In this document: positions 1-13,640 of the stretch, in pieces
How positions within the stretch are numbered: position 1 is the first letter of the stretch
Layout of the letters: each line of letters opens with the position of its first letter
NCBI RefSeq assembly: GCF_001194135.2
Contig: NC_068992.1
Span: 24,155,169 to 24,219,168 of the forward strand
Reading direction: 5' to 3'
Source: Octopus bimaculoides
Lineage: Eukaryota
DNA length: 64,000 nucleotides
The notes under the pieces: generated by a model
Seen by the model: the letters and a program-made list of their open reading frames with translations, nothing else
What the model was told of the DNA's origin: nothing
The model's database searches: none
Made by a program: the position numbers and the translations under genes

Positions 1-45
<45 letters not shown>

Positions 46-194
46 TATATATATTTTATTAATATGTGTAATATTAATATATAAATATATATATATACTA
101 TATATATTACATTAATATGTGTAATATTAATATATATATACATATATATGTGCTTGTGTATGTATGTATATGTATATTCGTTTCACATTTTGGC

Positions 195-390
195 ATAAGG
201 CCAGTAAGATTAAGGGAGAGGGTAAGTCAATAATGTTAACCCTAGTGCTCAACTGGCACATATTTTGCAAACCCTGAAAGGATGAAAGGTAATGGTGTCC
301 CTGGTGGAATTTGAAATCAAAACCCAAAGAGAGATGAAATGTCACTCTGCATTTTAGCCAGCATGCTTACAACTCTGCCAGATTACTACC
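195..390 (-). mobile_element. tRNA-derived SINE family M (degenerate)
   Basis: Degenerate match to the family core GAAAGGATGAAAGG..GGAATTTGAA..GCATTTT. Confidence 0.6.
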
Positions 391-597
391 TGAAGATATA
401 TCATTATTCATTGCAGTAAGTTTCTGGTTTAACACGCAAATATGTTTGAATCAAAGCTAAAACGCATGATATTGGAAATTTATACATTCGCATCCTCTCA
501 TGGAGATGGGTGGTGTCCAGTATCATTGTTGTATCAGCACCAGTTTCACCGAGGCATCACAGACAATTATTAAATTGTTCATGTCATTTCATTTTAT

Positions 598-804
598 TTG
601 TTTCAGTCATTTGACTGTGGCCATGCTGGAGCACCGCCATTTTAGTCGAATGAAATCGACCCCAGGACTTATTCTTTGTAAGTCTAGTACTTATTCTATC
701 GGCTTCTTGTACTGAACCGCTAAGTTACAGGGACGTGAACACACCACCATCAGTTGTCAAGCGATGGCGAGGGGGGGAGGGACAAACACAGACACACAAA
801 CATT

Positions 805-846
<42 letters not shown>

Positions 847-895
847 CGACGGGCTTCTTTCAGTTTCTGACTACCGAACCCACTCACAGGGCTTT
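598..895 (-). mobile_element. Family C SINE, 5'-truncated
   Basis: Collinear with 10970-11225, with an expanded (CA)n. Confidence 0.85.
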
Positions 896-2011
896 ATTCT
901 GTTTTTATTTTTTATATTGTATTTCTTCTTTTATTTTATTCTTTATTACATTCAAATTAATCCATTAGCTGACACACACACACACACTGAAATATAAAAG
1001 CAATTCCATATATTTACTCTGCTGGAAAGACCAAATTGTTCAACATGTAATCTTTTAATGTCTAGTATTTCCCAGGTGATATTTTGTTCACAACTTATGA
1101 ATGCAAATTTATTGCATAAATTTGTAACTTGCAACTGACTGAGTACAAATTGAAACAATTATAGGAATGATTGTCAATTTGTTAATTAACTAATTATTAA
1201 CCATTAACTCTGCATTTTCTTCTCTTGATTGAATATGGATTATAAGCTTAATATACACCTACTGATTTAGGGAATTTTGTTTCCCAAAAATATAAGGCAG
1301 AGTAGCAGTAGGACTGAACCCAGAACCATGTGGTTGGTAAGGAAGCTACTTACCACACAGCCACTCCTGTACCTATATATATATATGTATTCTATCGTTG
1401 CTGCTGTGGCCATGTTGGGGCACTGTCATATGAATATGTGGTTTGTGTTGACTGCCAGAACAAATAATACTTGATACCACAGTAGAGGTTAATGATATTT
1501 TTATTTTTATTTAATCTGAATTTGATAACTTGCCTAAGGTGCCAGTGCACCTACAGGCAATTCTCAAACAAATAAGTGACTGACTTCATGAAAATGACTA
1601 AACATGTGTGTGTGTATGTGTGCACATGCATGCACATAGATACATATACATATATAAGTAAGAAGAAAATAGCCACAAATGTTTGGTAGGAGTCTACTGG
1701 CTCCAGTGACAGGAGTTCAAATCTTGTGGCAATTTCATTCTGCCTTGAAACCTAATACTATATTTCATATTTATCTGAAGGATAAAGAATTGTATATTTT
1801 TTAAAAATTACCGTCAACAGACTATTGCTCTATTCATTGACAGATTTGTTTTGTATCTCATTAATGAAAAGAAACCAAGTTTCCACACCAATATGATCTT
1901 ACTAGCATGTTCTTTGGGGAGAAATTAATGTGATGTGGCTTCAAATTATGACGGAGAGAGGCAAGTTAATAAAAGTGAAGGAATAATCTCCCACTCACTC
2001 TCTCTCTATAG

Positions 2012-2056
<45 letters not shown>

Positions 2057-2857
2057 CTTATATATGTGTGTGTAGATATAGATAGATATAGGTATATACA
2101 CACACACACACACATGCAGATATATGTATATAGATACTGACACACACACACACACACACATATAGAGAGAGAGAAAGGGAGAGAGAGATGAATGGATGAA
2201 TAGACAGACAGACAGACAAACAGATAAATAAAGATTGACAGGCTTACAGTCAGATGGAAACTAACAAGGTATATAAGCAGATGGTAATCTCTCAGAAGGT
2301 TAACCTTCCAAACAGCTGTATAAACAATACATAAAAGAAGAGAAATTTGCAGAAGTCAAGTAGCTGTTATAGTTAGTCTTCAAAACCCAAAAGGTTCTGA
2401 GATCACCAATCTACAGAATAGTCTCAACACTCATGAATGAAATGCTTAAAATTAGCACAGAATTAAAGCTAAAGAAAAGATAACATTGCTTAGTTAAATT
2501 ATTATTAGAGATAATGGGTCTCTTGTGGCCTGTATATCTTTCTGTATATTTTTCTCCAATGTAGACCTAATTTCTAACTTGCTTGGATTACATAAAAGGA
2601 AGGACGTGTTTGTGGGAATCATCTGTTTTTATATTTCTACATAAGGAGAATTGATGCTGTAATATAGAATAATGATCTGTACAGATTAAAAAAATAAAGG
2701 GGAACTTCATCATTTTCCTGTTTAATGACATGGACAGACACGTGTTAAATGCTTAATAGGTATACAAACAAGAAGGGAGACGAAAATATCAACTAATATC
2801 AGAAGATTATGCTGTTTTGAAGATGGAGACAAGCAAGCAAAATTCTTTCTAATTTTT

Positions 2858-3045
2858 GGCACAAGCCCAGCAATTTTTAAGGAAAATAACTCGGTTATGC
2901 TACCCCAAATTCTCAACTGCTATGGTATTTTATCAACAAAATGAGAATGAAAAGTCGACCTTGGCAGAATTTGAATTCAGAATGTAAAGAACCAGATGAA
3001 ATGCTATTAAGCATTTTTGTCTAGCATGCTAATGATTCTGACATC
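2858..3045 (-). mobile_element. tRNA-derived SINE family M
   Basis: AAAAGTCGACCTTGGCAGAATTTGAATTCAGAATG core; reverse complement contains a B box. Confidence 0.7.
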
Positions 3046-4939
3046 ACACACAAGATTTCTTCTTTTCTTGGATGTTGGTATAAAGTACATGATTTTTAAA
3101 AGATTGAAATATGAACATGCTCTTACCAGATAATTTTCATGTTTTTGAAGCCAAATTTATACAGTTGGGAATTGAAACCATTAAGCTGGTTCATTTGCAA
3201 CTGTAACTAATGATACTAGTCATAGTCATAAATAATGTTGTCTTATGATTTAACTACAAGACTCTCAGACTAAATAAATGGTTGTTTACTTGGCAGAACC
3301 AAATTTTAAGTTGTTGGTTTCAATACAAAAGCAACTCTAATTGAATTGTACTCTATTAATGAAAAGAGTTAACTAGATGACGTTTTATATTTGCTACTTT
3401 ATATGTAATGATATCAGGCATTCTTCTAAAAGACTACCTAATATGGTATTATGCAGTAAATTGGCAAAGTCACAAAGATTGTCTTGAACTTTTATTTCTG
3501 ATTCTCTGCACCCTTCAAATGTTGCCTGATCCTCATCACCTTTCATCCTTTGATGATGATAAATAAAGTACTAGTTTTGAATTAGGGTCCTTTCTTCTCT
3601 CTCTGCGATAAGCTCTGCCAGGTGTCTAAAATATCCAAAACATACCAAAATCAAAAATTCCATGAAGAGCCAAGGATCCAAGGTAAGACAAGACAAGGCA
3701 ACCTTATACTGTTTAGTGTATCTAGCTCTGTAACTGGTTAATATAATTTCGTTTTGGGATTTGGTTTGTAAGATTCTTTATGTGAGTTGGTGTGTTGAAG
3801 CATATTCTGTTGTGTCTGGGAAGAGTTAATCTCTTTTAGTACCTTATAATTTAACACCGTCACCGGTAAAATTTCCATTCATTTACTTACTTATTTTTCT
3901 AAAATTTTCATTGCATCTTGCAACCTTTTCAATAATTATTGACTGTTGGTTAATATAAGTTTGAGGAAAAATTTCCTTGCCACACTAATATCCTATTCAA
4001 AAAAACAATTATTTCTAATCTGTCCAATACAGCCCCAAGACCTCAGATATTTGTAGGAACTGTTGTAGAATTCTTTTTATGGTTCAAAACATTTCTTCAA
4101 CCAAACAACCTACGTATATCACATGACTCTAATTTCAAATAAACTTGACAGCAATAATAATGTTTTCTTCCTAAAACACAAATCTACCAGAACTATGTAC
4201 AAACATTTCAAGATGTAGAAATGTTATTGTTACAAAAGTTGGCCACGACATCAATAAATCCTGATATTTTTATGCAATCTTTTGTTCAAGAAACATTTCA
4301 GAAAGCTCCCTTGTCAAGTATTTACAAGAGACAACGGTATAAATATATTTATAGTCAAAGTTGCTTGAATCAGGTCCAGGTTGGGTCTAGGTTATGTAAA
4401 AACAGAAGAATTATATCCTAATAACGATTTTCAATGACCACAAAAACACATAAAATTAGTCAAAACGTGAAATGTTTATAGAAGATCAGCAACCTTTAGG
4501 CTGTTAGCTCTGCTCTAGATATAGTGTCAGATATAAACACTATACTGGGAAATAAAAGGAAAAAAAAACAAAAAAACAAACAAACTATTTGAGAATAATT
4601 ATTGATTTCTTCACATAAATATAAATTCGAGATCACTTTAAATAGAATGATGGTGTTGAGGAAAATATTCAAATTTTTTTTTTCTTAAAGTGCCAACTTC
4701 AATTAAAATCTCTTAAACTTTAATTACAGTTTGGTGCTAATAAACCTATAAAACATCTGAAGATTGTATAGTGATGTCAGTTAATAGTTGGCAATATTTT
4801 ACAGTGTCTTCATTAACAGCATATATTTTACGTCGCTAAGTGAAATGTCTCAAGAGGTTAACAGACAGGTATTTGACATTTCAGTGTTTCTTCACAATTG
4901 CAGCTTTATTTAGATAAGAATGCTGGTTTCTCAGATCAT

Positions 4940-5095
4940 GTATAGATGTGTGGTTAAGAAGGTTGCTTTGCAACCATGTGGTTTTGGGTTCTGTTCTATT
5001 GTGCAGCACCTTGAACAAGTGTCTTCTACCATAGCTCCGTGCTGACTAAAACCGTATTTGGTAGACAGCAAATGGAAGAAGTCCAACGTATGTAT
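4940..5095 (+). mobile_element. Family C SINE head
   Basis: TGTGGTTAAGAAG..CAACCATGTGGTTTTGGGTTC..CACCTTGAACAAGTGTCTTCT. Confidence 0.7.
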
Positions 5096-5489
5096 ATACA
5101 TATGTATATTTGCATATGTCTATGTGTGTATGAATGTCTATATGTGTATGAATGTCTATATGTTTGTGTCTCCATGTCTTGACATCACATGATAGCTGTA
5201 AATGAGTGTCACCGTCGTACAAGCAGTGTCACTCATTTCCAGTATTCTGCAAGAACATGTGTGGTCATGGGTAAATATTGCTATGATTGGAAACAAGTGA
5301 GGGTTGGTTACAGGAAAGGCATCCGGTCACAGAAAATCTGCTTCAACAGATTCTAGATGTTAAAATGATGACGATATTAGGAGGACTGAGGTTTTGATGG
5401 GAATGCTGGAATCGTCATCATCATCATCATTGTCATCATCATCAACATTGTCGCCGCCGTCATTGTTGTTATCATTATCTTCTTCCTTT

Positions 5490-5625
5490 AATGTCTGCCA
5501 TCTATGCAGGCATGGGTTGGACAGTTCAACAGGAGCTGGCTAGGCAGAAAACTGCATCAGGATCCATTGTCTCTTTCCGCATGATTTTTACGGTTGGGTG
5601 CTCTTCCTGACACCAACCACCTCAA
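5490..5625 (-). mobile_element. Family R-related tail fragment
   Basis: GCAGGCATGGGTTGGACAG..GGGTGCTCTTCCTGACACCAACC. Confidence 0.55.
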
Positions 5626-6477
5626 ATAATACTTTGTCATGATTTACCTAATACAGTATTCTTATTTTAATACATATCCACTGCTCTAGACTTTACTATC
5701 TTTCCTCCTTGTCTCTTCTCTTCTCTCAATATCATATTCTCATTTCAATGACCTTTCTCATTTACCATTTTAAGAACTCTTCTTTGACACAGCTGCTGAA
5801 CCATGGCAGGCATTTTCACCCCTATGCAACCTATGATGACCAGTACAAAGCATCCACCTTTAGTCAGGTGCTCTGTATATTTTGGTGTCACTGTTTTCAT
5901 CATAAATAAACCAAGATCGTTTTCTATTTCTACCATTAACCGAGCTATCTAACTGTCTTGAGATATTTACTGTCGCAGAAAACTGTAGAACAATGATAAA
6001 ATAATTAGTCCTAAGTCTTACCAAAATACTATATTCCTGGATGAAAATGTCAATCTGTCTGGGTATGTGACATGTTATACATATTATAAATATTATCATT
6101 GTTAAAGTAATATAATCCAAGATGTTGCTTTATGATACTTGACGGTACAGAGTAACAAGTATATTGGTTGTGTTGCCAAGATTAAGACAGAAAAAGGTTT
6201 AGATGAAAATAACATTCTAAATGTCTTATCTGACGCACAAACATTTAAATGAGTTTCTTATAGCACATCATGCTTTTATGGATTTCTGAAACAAGTTTCA
6301 TGGTGAAGATTAATCAAACCTGTTGCTGTTAACAGAGCATTAACATTCTGTTAGAAGCTTTTCTTGGAATATCAACTGTTTATAAAACCTTAATAAAAGC
6401 ATAAAAAAAACATGAGCAGTTTTTGGGTGGGTGAGTGGGAGGAAATGCTATTAGATTATTTTAACTTATATCTTTTG

Positions 6478-6875
6478 TTTGTTTCAGTTATTGGAATGCA
6501 GCCATGTTGGAGCACTGCTTTGATGAGATGTGCAGACCAAAACGACTGCAGTACTTACATTTTTATTAAGTTTAGTACTTATTCAATTAGTTTCTTTTGA
6601 TGAACTGCTATGTTATAGAGACAGAAATAAAGTATCACTGGTTGTTTGGTGTCTGGGTAGGGGCAAACACAAACACACACACATATATGTGTATATATGT
6701 GTGTGTGTGTATTGGTGCAGGTGTGGCTGTGTGGTTAGAAGCTCGCTTCCCAACCATGTGGTTCTGGTTTCAGTCCTACTGTGTGGCACCTCGTGCAAGT
6801 ATCTTCTACAATAGCCTTGGGCTGACTAAAGCCTTGGGAGTGAATTTGACAGACGGAAACTGAAAGAAGCCCATC
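6478..6875. mobile_element. Family C SINE fragments: tail (-) 6478-6660 and head (+) 6715-6875
   Basis: Match to family C tail and head segments. Confidence 0.7.
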
Positions 6876-7031
6876 ATATATAAATATATATACAGTTTCA
6901 ACTAGGTTAGTATCGAAAGGGTTTAATATAACTTGTGCTATTTAGAGTCATATCAGTGAAAATAACCGCTCTCCAATAAAGGGTCCACTCTGAAATAGCA
7001 GGTATTTTCTTTTCAACTTTGTGAACTTTAT

Positions 7032-7261
7032 TTAAACCTTTTGTTACCATATTTCTGTTGAGATGCTCTGTGTTTCTTTCAACTAATTTTAAATATAACA
7101 AAGAATTTAGTAAAATAACTTTGTTATCATTAAGCTAGTATTAGGAACATAAATTGTGATTAAAGCTTGATGGAAGATTTTAATTCAGAACTTTTGAAAA
7201 CAAGACATCTGCTCTACAGAATCAGGGACAGTTTCAACCAGGTTGGTATTGAAAGGGTTAA
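7032..7261. mobile_element. piggyBac-like MITE
   Basis: TTAA at 7032-35 and 7258-61; ends ACCTTTTG and TGAAAGGG approximate CCCTTT/AAAGGG; no coding capacity. Confidence 0.55.
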
Positions 7262-8282
7262 ATATAACTTATGCTATTTAGAGTCATATCAGTGAAAATG
7301 ACTGCTCTCCAATAAAGGGTCCACTCTGAAATTGCAGGTATTTTCTTTACCTTAAAGCAAAATAATCTATTCAACTTTATGAACTTTGTTTAATGTTGTC
7401 TATTGTAGATAATCATTGGTTTTCTTTGGCATCTACAGTTTCACTTATTTTCCTAGATGTTTCTATAGGACAAAACAGAACTGCTAGATAAGTATTTCAC
7501 CAATAAGCTATAATCATAGCATCACAAGTGTTTTATATTATTCAGCTGATTGATTATTGATTTTTGGCAGCATGAATAGGAAAATCAGATCATAATTTAT
7601 AATACAGATGAAAATAAACATTTGTGAATATTACAACAACAAGCAATGTTTGCATCGTAGAAAGGTTCCAACAAGAATTACGACGTTTACCAAATATTCA
7701 AACCAAATGTCAAATTACTTTAAACCTTGCATAGGTATCTATATTTCTGTACTGACTCTGGGGTAAGGGCCTATTTATAAAAGAACTGGCCGATCTATCC
7801 ATGGCAATCCCTCTCTGAGAACGTAAGTTCATATAAAAAAAGGCAGAGCATAAGTTTATTACATAATATCATACATACTGAAGTGTATGTTTATGTATGT
7901 ATGTATGTGTATGTGTGTATGTATTTTGTATGATATGGTATGTATGTATGTGTGTATGTATGGTATGTATGTTTGTAATATATGTATGTGGGTGTGTGTA
8001 TGTTTGTATGGTATGTATTATGTATATGTGAAAATTTGTATGTATGTGTGTATGTATATATGTTTTGGAGGTGCATGGCTTAGAATTTAGAAGGTGTGGA
8101 GGTGCAAGACCATAAGAATTTATAAACTATGTTAGAATGTAAAAGAAATTCATTATTAACTTTTGAACTTTAAGGAGACAAAGCTCATAGCTTTGTCTAC
8201 TTTGAATTCAAACATTAAAAACAAATCCTTCATATTTCTATTTTCTCAAGTTGTTCTTCAATATAACAAAATAAAATATATT

Positions 8283-8892
8283 CTTTTCTATTCAAGGCAC
8301 AAGGCCCAAAATTTTATGGGGAGGGACCCTTGTCAATTAGATCGACCCCAGTACGCAACTGGTACTTAATTTATCAGCCCTGAAAGGATGAAAGGCAAAG
8401 TCGACCTCGGCGGAATTTGAACCCAGAATGTAAAGACAGATAAAATACCGCCAAGCAGTTTGCCTGACATGCTAATGTTTCTTATTTCTTTATTGCCCAC
8501 AAGGGGCTAAACATAGAGGAGACAAACAAGGACAGACAAAGGGGTTAAGTCGATTAGATCGACCCCAGTGTGTAACTGGTACTTAATTTATCGACTTCAA
8601 AAGGATGAAAGGCAAAGTCGACCTCAGCAGAATTTGAACTCAGAACGTAAAGACAGACAAAATACCGCTAAGCATTTCGCCCGGCGTGCTAACGTTTCTG
8701 CCAGCTCACCACCTTAAAAATAAAAATATATTCTTTTCTACTCTGGTACAAGGCCTGAAATTTTGGGGGAGGGGGCCAGTTGATTATATCGACTCCAGTA
8801 CACAACTGGTATTTAATTCATTGACCCCGAAAGGATGAAAGGCAAAGTCGAACTTGGCAGAATTTGAACCCAGAATGTAAAGACAGATGAAA
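8283..8892 (-). mobile_element. Three head-to-tail family M SINEs (includes a single-headed dimer)
   Basis: Three copies of GATCGACCCCAGT..GAAAGGATGAAAGGCAAAGTCGACCTCGGCGGAATTTGAAC. The central domain resembles my recollection of the MetaSINE Meta domain (unverified). Confidence 0.85.
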
Positions 8893-8964
8893 TATATCTA
8901 TATATATGTATGTACATATATATATATATGTACATACATACACACACACATGTATACATGTATG

Positions 8965-9135
8965 TATGTACATACGACGGGCTTCTTTCAGTTTCTGTCT
9001 CTAAAGTCCCCTCACAAGGCTCTGGTCAGCTTGAGGCTATTGTAGAAGACACTTGCCCAAGGTGCTACACAATGGGGCTGAACCAAGAACCATTTGGTTA
9101 TGAAACAAGCTTCTTATTACACTTACACACCTTCA
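8965..9135 (-). mobile_element. Family C SINE head
   Basis: ACGACGGGCTTCTTTCAGTTTC..GAAGACACTTGCCCAAGGTGC. Confidence 0.75.
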
Positions 9136-9414
9136 CCTGTAATTTTAATTACAACTGTTTTAATTTCTTTCATATTACCTTCATAAATTAACTACATTTT
9201 GCTGTTGAGAAATAAAAACATATCCTATAATAATGATGTTTAATAATTGACATTTAAGCATTTATTTATTAATTTCAATTAAGAGATAAAATTTATTTTT
9301 TTGCATTCCTGGAATGATTTGTTTCTTTTATAATCTTTCAGTTATATGTTCTTCAAGCAAAAGATCATCGAAAATTTTCTGTGTAAAACAATCAAGAATG
9401 TCTTGTTTGTGTTT

Positions 9415-9736
9415 GTGTGTATGTGTGTGAGAGTGGGAGTGAGAGAGAAAGAGAGTCAGAAAAAGAAAGGGTGCACTGTGTGTGTTTGTGTGTATGTTTC
9501 TGTGTGTGTGCTTGTATGTTTCTCTGTATGGATGTGTGCGTGTGTAAGAGAGAGAGAGTGAGAAAGGAAGAGAGAAAGAGAGTCAGTAAAAGAAAGGGTG
9601 CACTGTGTGTGTTTGTGTGCATGTTTCTCTGTGTGTGTGTGTGTGTGTGTATGTTTCTCTGTATGGGTGTGTGCATGTGTAAGAGAGAGAGAGTGAGAAA
9701 GGAAGAGAGAAAGAGAGTCAGAAAAAGAAAGGGGTC

Positions 9737-9774
<38 letters not shown>

Positions 9775-9818
9775 AATGTGTGTTTGTTAGTGTGTGCGCG
9801 TGTGTCTGCATGCATGTG

Positions 9819-9850
<32 letters not shown>
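9415..9850. repeat. Compound (TG)/(AG) tandem repeat, about three units of 125-130 bp
   Basis: Repeated GAGAGAAAGAGAGTCAG[AT]AAAAGAAAGGG[TG][GT]CACTGTGTGTG. Confidence 0.85.
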
Positions 9851-9851
<1 letters not shown>

Positions 9852-10374
9852 TAATAATATAATAATGTAATAATATAAATTAACATGGAGTGGTTTCAAT
9901 ATTTATTTTTCTTTTTGAATATAAACTGTGAAATAAACTTAAAATGTATTTTCCCAATATCTCTATATCTTTATACATACACTAAATACGTATGTACATG
10001 TGCTATTTAGATATTCGAAACCATTAGTCTGTCACATACACCATCTCACATCTTTCGTTTCACACATGCATGCCTGCATGTATGCATACATTTATCATTT
10101 ATCTCCCATTCCATTCAGTATAACTCCTCCCTTTACTGATCAGTCATTTACTCCCTCTCATCTTCCCTCTCTGTCTCTATAATTCACTCTCTCTCTCTTT
10201 TACTCATTGCCAGTAACCAAGCCTACTATGTGTATTCATCCTACATCTATGTTTATACACTGCATCTTTCTTTTGCTCTCTTTCTCTCCTCTCTTGATAT
10301 GATGTGAAGTGTGACTGGATAGATTGATCAACCAACCCACCAACATCTATAATGCTAAAATTAATGATTATTAT

Positions 10375-10615
10375 TATGATTATTATAAAGACAGCAAGCT
10401 GTCTGAATCATTAATGCACCAGATGAAATATTAGTGGTATTTCTCCTGTTGCTACGTTCTGAGTTCAAATTCCACTGAGGTTGACTTTATCTTTCACCCA
10501 TTTGGGGTCAATAAATTAAGTACCAGTTACACACTGGGGACAATGTAATTGACTAGTCCCCTACCCCAAAATTTCAGGCCTTGTGCCTATAATAGAAAGG
10601 ATTATTATGAATATG
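10375..10615 (+). mobile_element. tRNA-derived SINE family M
   Basis: GTTCTGAGTTCAAATTCC B box, GGGGTCAATAAATTAAGTACCAG core, tail GGCCTTGTGCCTATAATAGAAAGG(ATT)n. Confidence 0.8.
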
Positions 10616-10939
10616 ATTATTATCATTTTACTTCTCAGAGCTCTTGATCTTACTTGCTCTGGTTGATTCTGTGAGATTGGACAGCAACTCTTTGTCAAAG
10701 ATCTCACAGGGTCGCTTAGGGTCTCTTTCCACCAATTATAAGACTTGGTACCCAGATGTTTAGTATCGAGGAAGATACTCAACACCCAAGTACCAACCTC
10801 AAAATCCTCGCTGTCCCCAACAGAACAGGTCTTTAAAATTCTTCTACCCTTATGTCAATTTGAATTTCCCTGACATATTTCTTGAACTTGGTGGTTAGGA
10901 TGCCAACTACCCCTACAACTACTGGGATGTTAGTTACTC

Positions 10940-11350
10940 TTTTTATTCTCTTCTCTTTCTCTTTACTTGCTTCAGTCATTTGACTGTGGCCATGCTGGAG
11001 CACCGCCTTTAGTCGAGAAAATCGACCCCGGAACTTATTCTTTGTAAGCCTAGTACTTATTCTATCGGTCTCTTTTTGCCGAACTGCTAAGTTACGGGGA
11101 CATAAACACACCAGCGCCGGTTGTCAAGCGATGTTGGGGGGACAAACAGACACACAAACATATACACACACATACATATATATATACGACGGGCTTCTTT
11201 CAGTTTCCATCTACCAAATCCACTCAAGACTTTGGTCGGCCCGAGGTTGTAGTAGAAGACACTAGCCCAAGGTGCCACGCAGTGGGACTGAACCCGGAAC
11301 CATGTGGTTGGTAAGCAAGCTACTTACCACACAGCCACTCCTGCACCTAT
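10940..11350 (-). mobile_element. Near full-length tRNA-derived SINE family C (CORE-like)
   Basis: Reverse strand: GGCTGTGTGGTAAG A box, GGTTCAGTCCC B-box-like, CCTTGGGCTAG CORE-like segment, internal (TA/TG)n, and tail ending in a purine-rich repeat. Confidence 0.85.
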
Positions 11351-11384
11351 TCTTGCATCATCATCACCATCATTAGTAATATTA

Positions 11385-11895
11385 TTATTGAGTGAGAGAG
11401 TGGCACATGCCATCAAAGTGAAGCTGGGGTACAATTATATGAGTCCCAGTATACCTATCATGACTGATAAGGATACATCAAGCACGTGCATAACGTCCAC
11501 ATGTGCGCAATATGGTAACCTCATACCAAGATAAACCACACATGACCTTGCAGATGGGGCCCAGTTAGAATTTTCTTCAGGTTGAGTAGCCCATCCTACA
11601 CAAAAGGACCCTGTTTCCAGGAATGAATCATTCAAAGCCCCAAAGAATTCCCCTCTGTACATGGCTATGAGGCTCCCCACAACTGCTGCTTGTGATCAGA
11701 GATGCATATACCATCAGCCACTCAGGAGCCTACTCAACTGGTTAAGGTCAAGCAACTGACAAGCAAATCTGAAATATTGAACAGAATATTTGCCGTGGAG
11801 CATCTTTCACACCAAGACAAAGCATTTACGTGTTAACACTTCCAATCAGTTAAGATCAGAAGCTACAAGAGACACTGCCTGGTATTGCATCAAGG
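11385..11895. repeat. Interspersed repeat, family not assigned
   Basis: GC-richer non-coding block bounded by (ATT)n runs, typical of a retroposed repeat. Confidence 0.4.
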
Positions 11896-12722
11896 CATTA
11901 ATCACCATTATTATTATTATTATTATTATTATATTTTCACTTTGGGGATTTCCATCTTTTAGTTACGGCAACAATGATAGGGGTTGAAGTTGATGGTAAT
12001 TGTCACAGTTGCTATTGTAATCAAATTACAAAATATTTGAAGAAATGATGAAGCTATGCAGCTCTGATAGAGAAGACAGTTGGTCTAATGTACATGACTG
12101 GCACCTATAATCATAGTTGACTTTAATTTCCAAATTTTGCATTAGTTGCTGGTCTTGGACAAGGTTCCTGCATAATGGTATCTCCCATAATTGAATTTTG
12201 GCTTGGTTTTAGTATATGCTTTGAAGTTAGAGTTATTCGAAGCAATATGTGTGTGTGTGTGTGTGTGTGCGTGCACATGTATAATATAAGTATATATGTG
12301 CATGCATACGTAGTTACATATATAAGTAAGTATATATATATATATATATATATATATNNNNNNNNNNNNNNNNNNNNNNNNNNNNNNNNNNNNNNNNNNN
12401 NNNNNNNNNNNNNNNNNNNNNNNNNNNNNNNNNNNNNNNNNNNNNNNNNNNNNNNNNNNNNNNNNNNNNNNNNNNNNNNNNNNNNNNNNNNNNNNNNNNN
12501 NNNNNNNNNNNNNNNNNNNNNNNNNNNNNNNNNNNNNNNNNNNNNNNNNNNNNNNNNNNNNNNNNNNNNNNNNNNNNNNNNNNNNNNNNNNNNNNNNNNN
12601 NNNNNNNNNNNNNNNNNNNNNNNNNNNNNNNNNNNNNNNNNNNNNNNNNNNNNNNNNNNNNNNNNNNNNNNNNNNNNNNNNNNNNNNNNNNNNNNNNNNN
12701 NNNNNNNNNNNNNNNNNNNNNN

Positions 12723-12761
<39 letters not shown>

Positions 12762-13399
12762 TATATGGATATTTGTATGTATATCTCTGTATAGATAGAT
12801 AGATAAGATAGATAGATAGATAGATACACATACAGAGATGATATGACTAGTTGAAAACATGGTTAAACAATGTTATTTTTATCTCTAATGTTTTTACAGC
12901 TAATGTACTTGAATAACAAGATTGCTTTTATTACATTTTTTATTAGCTTTAGTTGTAATAGTAACAGTTTTTATTTCCAGTGAATTTATCAATTCTGTTT
13001 AATATTGGCTTGTCATGTTTTATGTTGCAGTAATTATTTTTGCAGTCATTGAGTTCACTATCATGTTGCCATTACTCTTGTTATCGTCAATGCTACCGTT
13101 ATAGACAATGTTAAAGTTTCACCATTATTTCGCTGTCATTATTGATGGCACTGATGTTGTTTTGAACAGAGACAATAACAATGGTATCTAAATCAAAACT
13201 GCAACCAATAATCAAATCAGAACCATGGATTTATAGATTGGAATCTAAAAGTGAAACAAAATTAGATATTATCAGGACCACATTAATTCTAAAAAATTTG
13301 TTTCCTTTTTATTTTTGAAATAACAGGGGGGAGAAAAAAAATTGAGTAAAAATAAAACGTTTTACTGTAAGACTGTAACGGTTTTTAAGTTTTTATATA

Positions 13400-13565
13400 A
13401 TAGGTGCTGGCATGGCTGTGAGTTAAGAAGTTTGCTTCTCAACCTTATGATTTTTTTCAGGTTCAGCCCCACTGTGGGGAACCTTAGGCTAGTGTCTTCA
13501 ACTATGCCGCCATGTTGATGAAACCCTGGTGAGTGGATATGGTAGATGGAAATTGAGAATTACCC
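13400..13565 (+). mobile_element. Family C SINE head
   Basis: GGCATGGCTGTGAGTTAAGAAGTTTGC..GGTTCAGCCCCACTG. Confidence 0.65.
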
Positions 13566-13600
13566 ATTGTGTGTGTGTGTGCGTGTGAGTGTTCGCATGT

Positions 13601-13639
<39 letters not shown>

Positions 13640-13640
<1 letters not shown>

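Noticed and set aside
3430-3626. Possible minus-strand exon (TPGRAYRRERRKDP..) or GPCR-like remnant
   Set aside because: Frames have stops or are not phase-compatible with neighbouring candidates; no recognisable homology.
4190-4421. ORF with faint resemblance to a UBR-type ligase segment
   Set aside because: Too few identities and no convincing donor site.
5760-5900. Possible mariner fragment (PMMTSTKHP)
   Set aside because: One short motif only; no TIR or catalytic residues.
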